A DNA stretch of 64,000 nt from an uncultured cyanobacterium (GCA_963740315.1 CAVUDP010000002.1:992001-1056000), one strand, 5' to 3'; counted from the stretch's first letter, positions 11,679 through 24,244 are shown. The notes: generated by a model not told the origin, from the sequence alone. Program-made: numbers and translations.

Positions 11679-12455
11679 ATGGCATTCTTTTATAGTTTCA
11701 CGGATTCCTTAAAGCAGAAGTGGTTGCAATTCTACGCCTCGAATCGCGACTGGATTAAATTACATATGGAGGTGGACTCGGTTTATACACCCGATGGTGG
11801 TAAACGCCCGTCTTCATACCTCATTCTGGGAGTAGCAAACGCCCTGGAACCGAAGTTAGCGCAGTTAATGCTGCCATTTTCCAAGTTGAATGCAGATGCG
11901 GATACTTTGATTGAAGTCCTCGATCTGCATTTTGACCCAGATAGCGCCCTTGGAGAACAGCCAATGCAGCCAGTATCCCAAGAGGAAGCAGAAACATCGG
12001 AATTCGCTGTAGATGAAAACGCAGACGAATTAAACGAAGTGGCTTCCCTTGAGGACGATTCTGAAGAAGTAGGAGCTTTTTCAGGCATGGATATGGATAA
12101 TGATGATTCCGATCGCGATTTGGTAGAAGAAGCCTGGGGTGGACAAGAGTTGGAAGAAAATTCGAGTAGCGAAGACAGCGGGTTGGATGACATCCAATCA
12201 GGTTTGGGAGATATTTCTCTAGGTGAGGAAGAATCGAATCACAACGAGTCCGAGCAAACCCCAAGTGCAGAATCTGAAGACGCTTTTGGCGATATTTCCT
12301 TTGACGAGTTCAAAGATGGCGATAGCACTGGCTTTGGTGATGCGCTAACAGATGTTTGGGGCGAAGAACAAAAAGATAACGAAATATTTTCAGGGGAAGA
12401 TATGACAGACGGTTCTGAGGATTCAGAAATAGCCCGTCTCTTCCCCAACAGCTAA
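11679..12455 (+). CDS. DUF5331-like protein with a long acidic tail
   Basis: LKQKWLQF...RPSSYLILG...LHFDPD N-terminal domain; lies between chlL and chlN. Confidence 0.75.
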   Translation: MAFFYSFTDSLKQKWLQFYASNRDWIKLHMEVDSVYTPDGGKRPSSYLILGVANALEPKLAQLMLPFSKLNADADTLIEVLDLHFDPDSALGEQPMQPVSQEEAETSEFAVDENADELNEVASLEDDSEEVGAFSGMDMDNDDSDRDLVEEAWGGQELEENSSSEDSGLDDIQSGLGDISLGEEESNHNESEQTPSAESEDAFGDISFDEFKDGDSTGFGDALTDVWGEEQKDNEIFSGEDMTDGSEDSEIARLFPNS

Positions 12456-12462
12456 TAAAGTT

Positions 12463-12604
12463 GTAGAGACGTAGCACTGCTACGTCTGTCATGAGTCATG
12501 AGTTATGAGTTAAGAGTTAAGAGTTATAAATCTTGAATTTAATTCCTAACTCCTCACTCCTAACTCCTTACTTCCGTACAGACGTAGCAATGCTACGTCT
12601 CTAC
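12463..12604. repeat. Inverted pair of GTAG-type REP-like palindromes (GTAGAGACGTAGC-N3-GCTACGTCT) enclosing heptamer repeats
   Basis: Copies at 12463-12487 (+) and 12580-12604 (-). Confidence 0.85.
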
Positions 12605-12632
12605 ACTTATTAATTCCTAACTAAAAAATTAA

Positions 12633-14048
<1,416 letters not shown>

Positions 14049-14077
14049 AATAAGGCTTCTTGAATTAATAAATAGAG

Positions 14078-14110
14078 AAACCCGGTTTTTTCAAAAAACC
14101 GGGTTTTTCA
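14078..14110 (+). terminator. Hairpin or terminator after chlN
   Basis: AAACCCGGTTTTTT-C-AAAAAACCGGGTTT inverted repeat. Confidence 0.65.
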
Positions 14111-14504
14111 ACATCTTAAATACTAATACCAATTATTTATAAAATGTAAGGAAGTTACGTTTATCCAATATTTCCTTTTTTTAAATCAACATCTTCACCA
14201 CATAGAATAGAGTTTAAACCTAAATTTTTATAAGAATGATCATCGCATAGTTCAACATCTACAAACTTACCACCTAAAAATATTGATTTTGCAATATCTA
14301 TTGAGAATTAAGGTGATTTTAAGAATAGCTTGTATTATCAAAATATTACGTTAATTTTATTCTGTATTCTTTGATTCCTGGAGAGTAGCGAAAATTGATT
14401 AGGAATCAACAACAACGGTAAGAAGTATAGAAGGGTGTATGTATCGGATTGCTGTAGTGTGATTTGCGAGCGAGACTGTTTAATAAAGAGTGTCTAGCGT
14501 TGGC

Positions 14505-14738
14505 TTATCTAAATAGACCGACAATAAATATCAGCAACCTTAAAACACCTAAAATAGCTACCAAATTAAATGCTACAAGTAATGTAAAATAGATACTTTT
14601 TATTACATATCCGACGTAATTAAAATTATAACCTTCTGTTCTTTCTACCCAATCATAAAAATAAATTGAAGTTATCACAAAAAGACAGATAGTAATTGCA
14701 GGTAAGTAAATTTCAAGTGGTCTGGACATAATTAACAT
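14505..14738 (-). CDS. Hypothetical small membrane protein
   Basis: AT-rich 77-aa ORF with two hydrophobic segments. Confidence 0.5.
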   Translation of the reverse strand: MLIMSRPLEIYLPAITICLFVITSIYFYDWVERTEGYNFNYVGYVIKSIYFTLLVAFNLVAILGVLRLLIFIVGLFR

Positions 14739-15235
14739 CTAAGTATAAGTAGCTGTTAATATACCACGGTATTTAAAGATGGGTTATAACTGTGAAGATA
14801 ATAAAACCATTTCCATTTTATTAGCGTTTAGACCGTTATCTAAGGATAGAGGTTTTTTAGTATTTACATATTACTTGACAAAATAGCAAAGTAGTATCTA
14901 AAATATTGAAGCACGGTTGTAATATGTCCTGTAACTATTACCGCGCACATACCCTGCTCAGCATGAGTTACTCTAATGCAGTGTACGCAGCATTCACAGA
15001 AATCTAGTTAATCTTATTCTTACTTACCTTAAATTTTAAGATATCTTAGAGAATTAATTGACAAATAGTGATACGTATTACAAGACTTAAAAACTATTCT
15101 TATTAATGGAAATCTTAACTATATAGCCTAAATACACCTGTACAAATTTGACTGATTCTTAGCCTACGGAGGTAGGCTTTGTTATTGTAGCCCCACCCTT
15201 CGAGGGTGAGGGCTTCAATGTTTTAGGCATTCAAA

Positions 15236-16252
15236 TCAAACAATCACTTCCTTATCCATCACCGATAACATCACCGATAAATCTGGAGAAACTTTTTCTA
15301 TCAAACCTAAATCCTTTAGCGCACGATCGAAAGTTTGTCCTTGTAAAATTCCATTTCCAATTTCTAACACTTGATTCCAGCTAATATCGCTTTCTAAATA
15401 AGCTTTCGCCACAGCATTTAGTAAACCTACATAATTATTCCCTTCAAGTTCGGTCATCATTGTATGAGGAATATCAAATAGTTTATCAAAACAGAAATAC
15501 CAAGATTTTGGCTGCTTTTTAATTACCGATTCAAACAAGGTTTTGAGATCGCTGCGATCGACAACTGCATCACTTTCGCTAGCGATAATAAACATCGGCG
15601 ATGATGGATGATTCTTGACTCGATCGAGTATTTCTTGACCCATATCTAAAAATAACCGCAATGCAGGTATTTTAAAGCCGTTATAGCCGAAATTACCCGG
15701 ATTATCTTTGTTTAACCATTCATAATATATGGGCAGAACTTCCACCGCAAAATCTACAACTGCATTTTTACTGCTTAAATAAGGAGAAAATAATAGAGTT
15801 TTTTCAATTTCTTGGTAGTATTCTAATGCCAACCAAGCAGCTAAAGTTCCACCGCTCGATAATCCTCCAATTATGACGCGATTACCTAACTTTTGAGCAG
15901 TTTGCAGCCATGAACGTGCATATTTTTGATAAACTTGAGGTTCTAACGGTAAAGGAGGAGGATTGTCACTATTAAAGTTTCCCGCGACTCCATGACCTGG
16001 TTGTAAAGGAATCAGAACGTTATAGCCAGCTTCAAATAAAGCTTTACCCAATGGCTCAAATTGGTAGGGACCTGCGGTAAATCCGTGAAAGAAAAGACAA
16101 ACTTTTTCAGTTGGATTGGGATGAAGAAAGAATTTGGAACCGCAATGTTCATTTTTTATTGGTAAAGTTTTTTCCAAACTTATAGCTTGGTCAATTATGG
16201 CTGCTGTAGTGGCAGAATAATCATGCATATTGTTGATGTTTGAAATTTTCAA
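15236..16252 (-). CDS. Alpha/beta hydrolase (esterase/lipase)
   Basis: FFHGFT, PGHG and GLSSGG nucleophile elbow; true start may be an ATG near 16228. Confidence 0.85.
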   Translation of the reverse strand: MKISNINNMHDYSATTAAIIDQAISLEKTLPIKNEHCGSKFFLHPNPTEKVCLFFHGFTAGPYQFEPLGKALFEAGYNVLIPLQPGHGVAGNFNSDNPPPLPLEPQVYQKYARSWLQTAQKLGNRVIIGGLSSGGTLAAWLALEYYQEIEKTLLFSPYLSSKNAVVDFAVEVLPIYYEWLNKDNPGNFGYNGFKIPALRLFLDMGQEILDRVKNHPSSPMFIIASESDAVVDRSDLKTLFESVIKKQPKSWYFCFDKLFDIPHTMMTELEGNNYVGLLNAVAKAYLESDISWNQVLEIGNGILQGQTFDRALKDLGLIEKVSPDLSVMLSVMDKEVIV

Positions 16253-16493
16253 ATAAATAACAAATTCTGAATTCGTTATATTTTAAGTAGCTTGAGTGAC
16301 TATCTTAAATATGTCTTGAGGAGGAAGATTGGATTCTATACGCTGGAATTATTTATAATCAGATTAGTGATTTGAATGACATTTTTTATAAAAAGCGTAG
16401 TAGATGGTAGCAATTCCACTTATGAGCTTCTCCCCAGGCAAGTTAAACTAAATCTGGTAACAGCCTTATAGAGGGTTTGTAAAGGGGCTTTTT

Positions 16494-17051
16494 ATGGCAG
16501 TAAACGTGCAAGAAATTGGCGCATATCTAGACCAACTGGGCTGGGACTATCGCATTGACGAGGAAGAAGAGCGTATTGTTACGGGTGTCGAAGGCGATAA
16601 TGTTGAAGATTTTTTGATTGTGGTTCAGTTGGATGAAGATGGAAAATTCTTCCGCGTGTTTGCACCTCAAGTGTTAAGTGGCGTGAAAGATCATCCGCAT
16701 AAGGCAGCAATCTTACAAACTATGTTAGTTATTTCTTGGGAAACCAAAATGCTGCAATGGGAATATGACCCCTCAGATGGTGAAATACGGGCGATTATTG
16801 AGTTTCCGATTGAAGATTCTACCCTTACTGAAAAACAATTTAATCGTTGCTTGAGTGCATTAATTCAACTTGTTGACAATGTAGCAATACCTCGTCTTCA
16901 GGAAGTGATGGAAACTGGTCATGACCCAGGTAATGTAGAAGTAGGCGAAAGACTGCTATTGAGCATTCAAGAACAAGCTCCTGGATTATTGGATCTGCTT
17001 GAAAAGGCAATGGAAGCTAGAAAAAAACGCGGAAGATTTCCTAACGAATAA
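16494..17051 (+). CDS. Conserved hypothetical protein (YbjN/chaperone-like)
   Basis: 185-aa ORF with RBS; the KMLQWEYDPSDGEIRA segment resembles cyanobacterial YbjN-like proteins. Confidence 0.6.
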   Translation: MAVNVQEIGAYLDQLGWDYRIDEEEERIVTGVEGDNVEDFLIVVQLDEDGKFFRVFAPQVLSGVKDHPHKAAILQTMLVISWETKMLQWEYDPSDGEIRAIIEFPIEDSTLTEKQFNRCLSALIQLVDNVAIPRLQEVMETGHDPGNVEVGERLLLSIQEQAPGLLDLLEKAMEARKKRGRFPNE

Positions 17052-17131
17052 AGTCGAATTGCTTATCATATAGCTATACTCCTTGTAGAGCAACCTCAAT
17101 ATATACTGAAGTTTTCTTAGTAAGTGATTTT

Positions 17132-17776
17132 ATGACATCTTACGCAACCTCTTCTGCTAAAGCAGAAATGAGCGAACTCCGGCGATTAAAAGGCTTATTA
17201 CCCCCAGAATTACAAAGCTGGGTTACGGTTGAAGGCACAACTGAAGTCAATCCAATTTTAGTTCGTAGCGAAGAAATCGGAAAAGACCAGGTAGAAATTC
17301 AAATCGATCTGGCAAAATGGGATGAATTGGCAATGGATCAGCGAAATCTGCTGTTCTGGCACGAAGTCGCTCGGATTCAAAACGATACTATCCCTAAAGA
17401 TGGTTGGGAAATGGCAGCCTTGGCGATCGGTTTGGGCGGCGCTGTAGGTGAATTGTGGGTACAAGATGGATTGCTATTGGTACTTGCATTAGCCTTATGC
17501 GGCGTTTCTGGCTGGCGATTGTTTCAGAAAAACAGTGGCGAAAAGCAAGCTAGAGAATTAATCGAAGCTGATGAGAAAGCTATTGCTTTAGCAACTCGCT
17601 TTGGTTACAGTTTGCCCAATGCCTATAAGAGTTTAGGTAGCGCTTTAAAAACTTTAATTGAAAAATCTCCTAACAAGCGCCAGAGGTCAAAATATGAAGC
17701 CCGACTTTCCGCACTTAAGCGCAGTGCTAACAAAGCAAAATCCAAAACTCGAAATATGGACGAAACCGGGTATTAA
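17132..17776 (+). CDS. DUF3318 family protein
   Basis: ELRRLKGLLPPELQSWV, QRNLLFWHEVARIQ and EADEKA motifs. Confidence 0.85.
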   Translation: MTSYATSSAKAEMSELRRLKGLLPPELQSWVTVEGTTEVNPILVRSEEIGKDQVEIQIDLAKWDELAMDQRNLLFWHEVARIQNDTIPKDGWEMAALAIGLGGAVGELWVQDGLLLVLALALCGVSGWRLFQKNSGEKQARELIEADEKAIALATRFGYSLPNAYKSLGSALKTLIEKSPNKRQRSKYEARLSALKRSANKAKSKTRNMDETGY

Positions 17777-18297
17777 AGCGCATCAAGTAGGGATGGGAAT
17801 GCCCACCTTAAATACAGGGGCAGGCTTTTAGGCGTTCGCGTAGGCAGTAGCCTGCCCATTTTTTCCCCATAATATAAATTTATTAAAATTACACTAAAAT
17901 TACACCGTTACAAACAAAAACACGCAGGCGGAAAAAAATTATTTTTTTATACTTAAAGGTATACCTGTTTACTTTGTATCTAAGAAGTATTTCTTATTTA
18001 TTACTAACTTTTAATCAAATTCTCGCTAAAAAGTTGAATCTTACTTTTAATTTTTCCCAGATTAACTCATCAAAATTTCAACCATAATTTTATCGTTTGT
18101 TGACTTAACTACATCGATCCTAATAGTTTACAAAAACTTCTTTTTGTCTTAGCAATATCTTCATAAAATAGTATTTAGAAGCAAGATGTGGAATTATTTG
18201 AAACTTTGTTTATTTAACTACATAAACTCGAAATAGGCTTGCTATAAAGGTTCAATATATTATGCCTGCGTGAATTGACTGTAGTGCCAAGTATAAA

Positions 18298-19095
18298 TCA
18301 CAACTGGTTAATCATTTTGTGAGTTTGGGGTATGACGCGGACTGATTTAAGGAAATTTTTCATCAAAGCCTGCCAATCTATAACTTGCTTGGGAGTTGGA
18401 GCAAGCACCGGACGATCGCTTAATTGTTCGTTCGAGTTTAGTGGCGTGACGGGCTGTAGAAAGACTGGTATTGTTGGATTTACGAATGCTATTAACTCAG
18501 CAGAACGTTTCAATTCGGCGAGGTCAGTATCTTGAGAAATAATGATTTTAACAAAGACTTCGATTCGAGCGTCATAGCATAATTTGAGAAAATTTTCGTG
18601 TTCTTGCCAACGGCTTTCACCACTAACACTAGGTAGCTTTAAGTCCATGCCTACAGAGTCTAAGTAAGGTAGAATCATAGCGAGTTGTTCCGGGAGATGT
18701 CCCCCAGATTCAAGGTATATAGGTAAACCAGTGGTTAAGCGGACTTGTGGTAAGAATTTTGATAAAAACCTGGCATGGAGTAAAGGCTCACCTCCAGTTA
18801 GGCTAATGCTATCGTGTAAGCGAGGTATATTTTGCCGCTCTACCCATTTGATTAAGATGGGTAATGAAATAGGATTTGGGCAAATTTCAAAATCGCGATA
18901 CCCAGGGGTTTGCTCAATTCTACAAGTGGCGGGTGCATTCCAAGTATGAGCGCTATCGCAAAAGTGGCAGCGCAAGTCACAAAAGGCAAAACGAATAAAA
19001 ATTTGACGTGTTCCGACATTCAGTCCTTCCCCTTGAATTGCGGAAAAGACTTCTATCAGGCGTGCGTTCTCGCGATCGGCAGTTATGGTAGTCAT
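18298..19095 (-). CDS. queE: 7-carboxy-7-deazaguanine synthase (radical SAM)
   Basis: EVFSAIQGEG, CDLRCHFCDS, TGGEP and RVIPQTHK motifs. Confidence 0.9.
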   Translation of the reverse strand: MTTITADRENARLIEVFSAIQGEGLNVGTRQIFIRFAFCDLRCHFCDSAHTWNAPATCRIEQTPGYRDFEICPNPISLPILIKWVERQNIPRLHDSISLTGGEPLLHARFLSKFLPQVRLTTGLPIYLESGGHLPEQLAMILPYLDSVGMDLKLPSVSGESRWQEHENFLKLCYDARIEVFVKIIISQDTDLAELKRSAELIAFVNPTIPVFLQPVTPLNSNEQLSDRPVLAPTPKQVIDWQALMKNFLKSVRVIPQTHKMINQL

Positions 19096-19416
19096 AAGAC
19101 GAATGGCAACGTATATGCGCTATGGCGACACGATAACAGAAGTTTTTAAGCAAATTTCAATTATGAAGTCTGATTTTTGGTTTATCCTCAAATTTAGTAG
19201 CTTTATACAGCTTGTTGCAGGGGAAAATTTATGTTTCAGACTTTATACTTGATACTTACCGACTTTAGTTGACTTCTTGTTCTATTGTGAACCGAATCTG
19301 ACAATATTTGATTTCAACATAATAAAAGGGCAAGTAATTACTCCTTAAGAGCTAATAAACAGTCATTTGTTTCAAACGTTCCTAGGACTAAATAATGTAG
19401 GTATTAAAACATTGAT

Positions 19417-20445
19417 ATGGCAATTAAAGTGCAGAGTTTCATGAGTAACCAACCTACAGAGGGAAATTTTCCGGTTACATTATTAGAAGACACGATTTTC
19501 GTACAGGTAAGCGTCCGTTTAAGCGTGCTTGAAGCTTTAGTTTTTAAGCAAACCTGTGAAGAACTAATTGCAGCAAATTCAACTCTAAAAAAAATTATTA
19601 TTGATTTTGCACAGACTACTTTTATGGATAGTAGTGGTTTGGGTGCTTTAGTTAGTAATTATAAGAATGCCCAAGAAAAAGGAATTGAATTAGTACTACA
19701 AAATGTTACCCCACAAGTAATGGCGGTACTCAACCTTACGGGTTTAGTAGATGTTTTTACTATTGAAGAAGGAGAATTTGTACCCCCATCAACTCATACT
19801 CGCCGAGGAGAAGAACAATTACCAGAAACTCACCCTTCTGTACGTTCTTTGACGAAACGGTTTATTGATATTGTCGGGGCATTAGTGGGTTTGGTAATTA
19901 CAGGTATATTATCTATTCCGATTATTACTGCCATCACGATCGACGATCCCGGTCCAATTTTCTTCGGTCAAACCCGTTGTGGTTGGATGGGTAAGCATTT
20001 TAAAATGTGGAAATTCCGCTCGATGTGCGTTGATGCGGAAGCTAAAAAAGCCGAACTCCAAAGGCTTAATCAAGTTCAAGGCGCATTTTTTAAGATAGAT
20101 AATGACCCTAGAGTTACCCAGGTAGGTCGATTGTTGCGGCGCACTAGTTTGGATGAACTACCGCAATTTTGGAATGTTCTCAAAGGAGAAATGAGTTTAG
20201 TTGGAACACGTCCACCTACACCCGATGAAGTTGGATGTTACGAAGTACCTGAGTGGCAACGCTTGGATGTCAAACCGGGTATGACCGGAGAATGGCAAGT
20301 AAACGGACGTTCAAGTATTCGTAATTTTGAGGATGTAATTCGCCTTGATTTAGAGTATCAAAAGAATTGGAACTTAATGTACGATTTGAAGCTTATTTTT
20401 AAAACAGTTACGATCTTATTCAATAAAAGCAGTGGTGCTATGTAA
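19417..20445 (+). CDS. STAS (anti-sigma antagonist) domain fused to a bacterial sugar (phosphoglycosyl) transferase
   Basis: [10 protein letters not shown] (STAS); [23 protein letters not shown] and KPGMTG (Bac_transf). Confidence 0.9.
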   Translation: MAIKVQSFMSNQPTEGNFPVTLLEDTIFVQVSVRLSVLEALVFKQTCEELIAANSTLKKIIIDFAQTTFMDSSGLGALVSNYKNAQEKGIELVLQNVTPQVMAVLNLTGLVDVFTIEEGEFVPPSTHTRRGEEQLPETHPSVRSLTKRFIDIVGALVGLVITGILSIPIITAITIDDPGPIFFGQTRCGWMGKHFKMWKFRSMCVDAEAKKAELQRLNQVQGAFFKIDNDPRVTQVGRLLRRTSLDELPQFWNVLKGEMSLVGTRPPTPDEVGCYEVPEWQRLDVKPGMTGEWQVNGRSSIRNFEDVIRLDLEYQKNWNLMYDLKLIFKTVTILFNKSSGAM

Positions 20446-21261
20446 TTAATAACTCTACTTAGTTTAAAGTCTATTGGCAACAAGTTTTAACAATGAGAGG
20501 TTATGATGGTGATTTTATCCATTTAAACCTCTTTTTGAATTTTTGGAATTTCATCAAATTTAATCTTAAAAATAAGTAGTCAAGCAAAATTATTTAGGTT
20601 ATTTGGTACAAGGGAGTATTGAAGAAGGGCGCTATTGATAAATGCACCACTACAGAGCGAAAATCCTGACATAGTAATTATCTCAGCTATTTTGGCTCAA
20701 ACTTTAATCCATTATTTATATATTTACCGCTCAGCTATATAACAGTTATCTACTCCCTATTCGTTACCTAAATAAAACTAAACAATATTTTTAATTAACT
20801 TTGTACAATAATTCCCGCCTTTCAAAGTAGATGAGGGTAAAAATAGTCACAAATAATATTAGTAATTATGTCTAAAGTAAGCTTTAAAAAGAAAAACTAA
20901 TTGTCTTTTTTTAATATTTAATTTTCTCCGTCCAGAATTTATAAACATCCGCGATCGCACGGTTTACAAAAAGCAATAGGGATCGCGGATAGTTGGTGAT
21001 AAATATCGATCGCGTATTAGCTTACGTATTGCTGCCATACAGTATTTTTTAGCTAAGCAGCGCCCTCGTTAATAGATAACATTGAATTTACAGTGCTTAC
21101 CGTAGGCAGCATTAAATTTTACTCAATCTTTAAACAAAATAGACTGACGTTAAAAGATATTACAAGCAAAATAAAATACAAGCGCTTTTTTAGTGCGGAA
21201 CGATTTTACAAATAAATGTTGTCATTAAAATAATCCGCCAGGGTTTTCCTGAATTAATACT

Positions 21262-22533
21262 ATGAAAATTTTAGTTTACTCTTACAATTATCATCCAGAA
21301 CCAATTGGTATAGCTCCTTTGATGACTGAATTGGCAGAGGGATTGGTTAAACGGGGACACCAAGTACGTGTCGTTACTGCTATGCCTAACTACCCAGAGC
21401 GTAAAATTTATCAAGACTATCGTGGCAAGTTCTATCTAACAGAATATAAAAATGGCGTAAAAATCCAAAGAAGCTATGTTTGGATTCGTCCCCAACCTAA
21501 TCTGCTAGATAGGGTGATGCTGGATGCAAGTTTTGTTTTTACGAGTTTTATACCCGCCTTGTTCGGCTGGCGACCCGATGTAATTCTTACTACATCGCCA
21601 TCCTTACCAGTTTGTCTACCTAGTGCGCTTTTAGGATGGCTACACAGATGTCCGGTGATTTTGAATCTACAAGATATATTACCAGAAGCTGCGGTTCATG
21701 TTGGATTGTTAAAAAACAAATCCTTGATTCGCATATTTTCGATTTTAGAAAAATTTGCTTATCACTCTGCCGATAAAATTAGCGTTATCGCCGATGGGTT
21801 TGTTGATAATTTGGTGTCTAAGAATGTAGCGCCCGATAAAATCGTGCAAATTCCCAATTGGGTGGATGTGAATTTTATTCGCCCTATGCCAAAAGAAACT
21901 AATGCTTTTCGCGCCGAACATAAATTAGATAATAAATTTGTAGTTCTATATTCGGGTAATATTGCCCTGACTCAAGGTTTAGAAACAGTAGTAAAAGCTG
22001 CTTCAAATTTACGACATATTCCAGATATTGCTTTTGTAATTGTTGGCGAAGCTAAGGGTTTACAGCGACTTCAGGAGGAATGTAACAAATGCGGTGCAGA
22101 TAACGTACTGCTTTTACCTTTCCAACCACGCTCCCGTTTACCAGAAATGTTGGCTGCTGCTGATGTGGGATTGGTGGTACAAAAGAAAAATGTGATTTCT
22201 TTCAATATGCCATCGAAAATTCAAGTTTTACTTGCTAGCGGTAGGGCAATAGTAGCATCCGTTCCCGATAACGGTACGGCTGCAAGGGCTATTCGGCAAA
22301 GTGGCGGCGGTGCGATTGTTGCTCCAGAAGATCCATCCGCTTTAGCTAATGCTGTTTTGGATTTGTACGAGCATCCCGAAAAAGTTAAAACTTTAGGTTA
22401 CAACAGTCGCAAATATGCCGTTGAGCAATATGCTTTCGAGCAAGCTTTGAATAATTACGAGTCGTTATTTGAATCGGTGAAAGAGAATAATTCCGCAATT
22501 GAGACTAGGGTTGTGTCTAAGCAGGAAGTGTAA
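21262..22533 (+). CDS. Glycosyltransferase family 4 (WcaI-like)
   Basis: YHPEPIGIA, PNYPE, YSGNI and MPSK motifs. Confidence 0.9.
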   Translation: MKILVYSYNYHPEPIGIAPLMTELAEGLVKRGHQVRVVTAMPNYPERKIYQDYRGKFYLTEYKNGVKIQRSYVWIRPQPNLLDRVMLDASFVFTSFIPALFGWRPDVILTTSPSLPVCLPSALLGWLHRCPVILNLQDILPEAAVHVGLLKNKSLIRIFSILEKFAYHSADKISVIADGFVDNLVSKNVAPDKIVQIPNWVDVNFIRPMPKETNAFRAEHKLDNKFVVLYSGNIALTQGLETVVKAASNLRHIPDIAFVIVGEAKGLQRLQEECNKCGADNVLLLPFQPRSRLPEMLAAADVGLVVQKKNVISFNMPSKIQVLLASGRAIVASVPDNGTAARAIRQSGGGAIVAPEDPSALANAVLDLYEHPEKVKTLGYNSRKYAVEQYAFEQALNNYESLFESVKENNSAIETRVVSKQEV

Positions 22534-22682
22534 TTCACTTTTTTTAATTTTTCGGTCATATATGTAAACTATAGAAATTCAACCCCACCTTTCGAGGATG
22601 GGGTTAATTTTTTGCAAAGCTTTGTAATTTATCGCAAAAGTCTTAAACGAAAAGTTCGTTACAATAAAGTTATGACCGTTTT

Positions 22683-23000
22683 AATAATCCCCATCTTTTG
22701 CACGCAGATGTCAGTGCTATTGTAGCTAGAGATACATTCGCTGTTGAAGATAAGCAAGTGTTAAATGCAATAGCCGATCGTACTTTAGGTAGATCGGATA
22801 TGAGTCCGCTTTCTTGTATCGTGTTTTTAGCCGATACCGCTTCTTTACAAGCTTTGAGGCAAGTTAGCCGCGATTCGATTGATAAAGCGGTATATTTAAC
22901 CTGCGATTACACGCTTAAAAAATTGTTAGATAGTCCTCGCTTGATTCATCCCCGACTAATTACTACCCGAAATAAGTTTTTAATGCCGTGTAAATACTAG
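22683..23000 (+). pseudogene. yqeK: Truncated YqeK (HD-domain Ap4A hydrolase) remnant
   Basis: PHLLHADVSAIVARDTF...SCIVFLAD...LTCDYTL...IHP is the C-terminal half of YqeK. In-frame TAA at 22665, no HD-motif half. Sits in the usual position before rsfS. Confidence 0.75.
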
Positions 23001-23150
23001 TACTTAATTAGATGTTTGAAATCACAAATATCCGTTTTTTGTTAGTATTCAAGAAACCTATTGATTAACATTTGCAATTAACGCCCGCTATTATCTTTTG
23101 TATTCGAGAAAAATCTGAAAACCTCACCCAAAGAAGCAGAGCAAGGTTTA

Positions 23151-23597
23151 ATGTCTGATTATTTCCAATCCGAATTTGTTACCGTTACCAACCCCAGAAT
23201 TAGTTCTCAACAGCTCGATCCTGACGATTCAACCGCAAAACTAGCTTTAACCATTGCCTCAGCAGGTGATGACCGTAAAGCAGGTGAGATATTAGTACTT
23301 CGCGTCACAGACGTATCTTACCTCGCCGATTATTTCGTCATGATGAGTGGTTATTCCAACGTACAGGTAAGGGCGATCGCCAACACGATAGAAGGTGTTG
23401 TCGAACAGAAGTGCAAGCGCAAACCCCTGCGTTCGGAAGGAAAAGCAGAGGGAAGTTGGGTACTATTAGATTACGGTGAAGTCATCGTTCACGTTATGAT
23501 GCCCTCGGAAAGAGAATTTTATGACTTAGAGGCGTTCTGGGGTCATGGGGAACGTGTGGATTTTCAGGCATCCGGAGGTGGAAGTGAACCAAGATGA
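23151..23597 (+). CDS. rsfS: Ribosome silencing factor
   Basis: DRKA...ADYFV...WVLLDYG...EREFYDLEAFW. Confidence 0.93.
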   Translation: MSDYFQSEFVTVTNPRISSQQLDPDDSTAKLALTIASAGDDRKAGEILVLRVTDVSYLADYFVMMSGYSNVQVRAIANTIEGVVEQKCKRKPLRSEGKAEGSWVLLDYGEVIVHVMMPSEREFYDLEAFWGHGERVDFQASGGGSEPR

Positions 23598-24094
23598 TTG
23601 ATTATGAGGTATCGAATTGCCCAGTTCCTAGCGAACAGCAACCGTTAAATGAATACGAACAGTTAAAAAGCTCTTGGCTATTTCGCGATTGTAGCCAAGA
23701 TATACGCACTTATCTGACCAGAATCGCCTGGATATGGGGTTTATCCTGGCTGGTAGCAGGACCAATAGCTTACTCAAGCTTCCCCCCACATAAGTATATG
23801 GTTCAATTCGTCTTGTGTGGAGCAGCAGGAGCCAGTATCGGAGTAGTTCTAATTGTATTGCGTTTGTATTTAGGTTGGTCTTACGTGCGCGATCGCTTAG
23901 CAAGTCCGATAATTTTTTATGAAGAATCGGGATGGTACGACGGTCAAAATTGGATCAAACCCCAGCAAGTTTTAGACCGCGACCTTTTGGTTGTAAGCTA
24001 TGAAGTTAAACCGATTATTCAAAGATTACAAATAACTGCATTGTGCTTGGTTATGTTGTTCGTTGCTGGATCGACAATTTGGCAATTCTTGTAA
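23594..24094 (+). CDS. ycf36: CGLD27/Ycf36 family protein
   Basis: CPVPSEQQPLNEY, LGWSYV and YEESGWYDGQ motifs. Confidence 0.88.
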   Translation: MIDYEVSNCPVPSEQQPLNEYEQLKSSWLFRDCSQDIRTYLTRIAWIWGLSWLVAGPIAYSSFPPHKYMVQFVLCGAAGASIGVVLIVLRLYLGWSYVRDRLASPIIFYEESGWYDGQNWIKPQQVLDRDLLVVSYEVKPIIQRLQITALCLVMLFVAGSTIWQFL

Positions 24095-24244
24095 ATAAAT
24101 TTTCGATTTGAGAATTTAAGGAGACTGCTGATTTCTGCGGCAGTGTCCTCCAAATCTCAAATTAGGACGGCGATCGGTTAGAAGTTGTGAGTAAATAGAT
24201 AGTAACTCATAATTTATCGCTCAGAATTGTTATCAGGATTGGTA

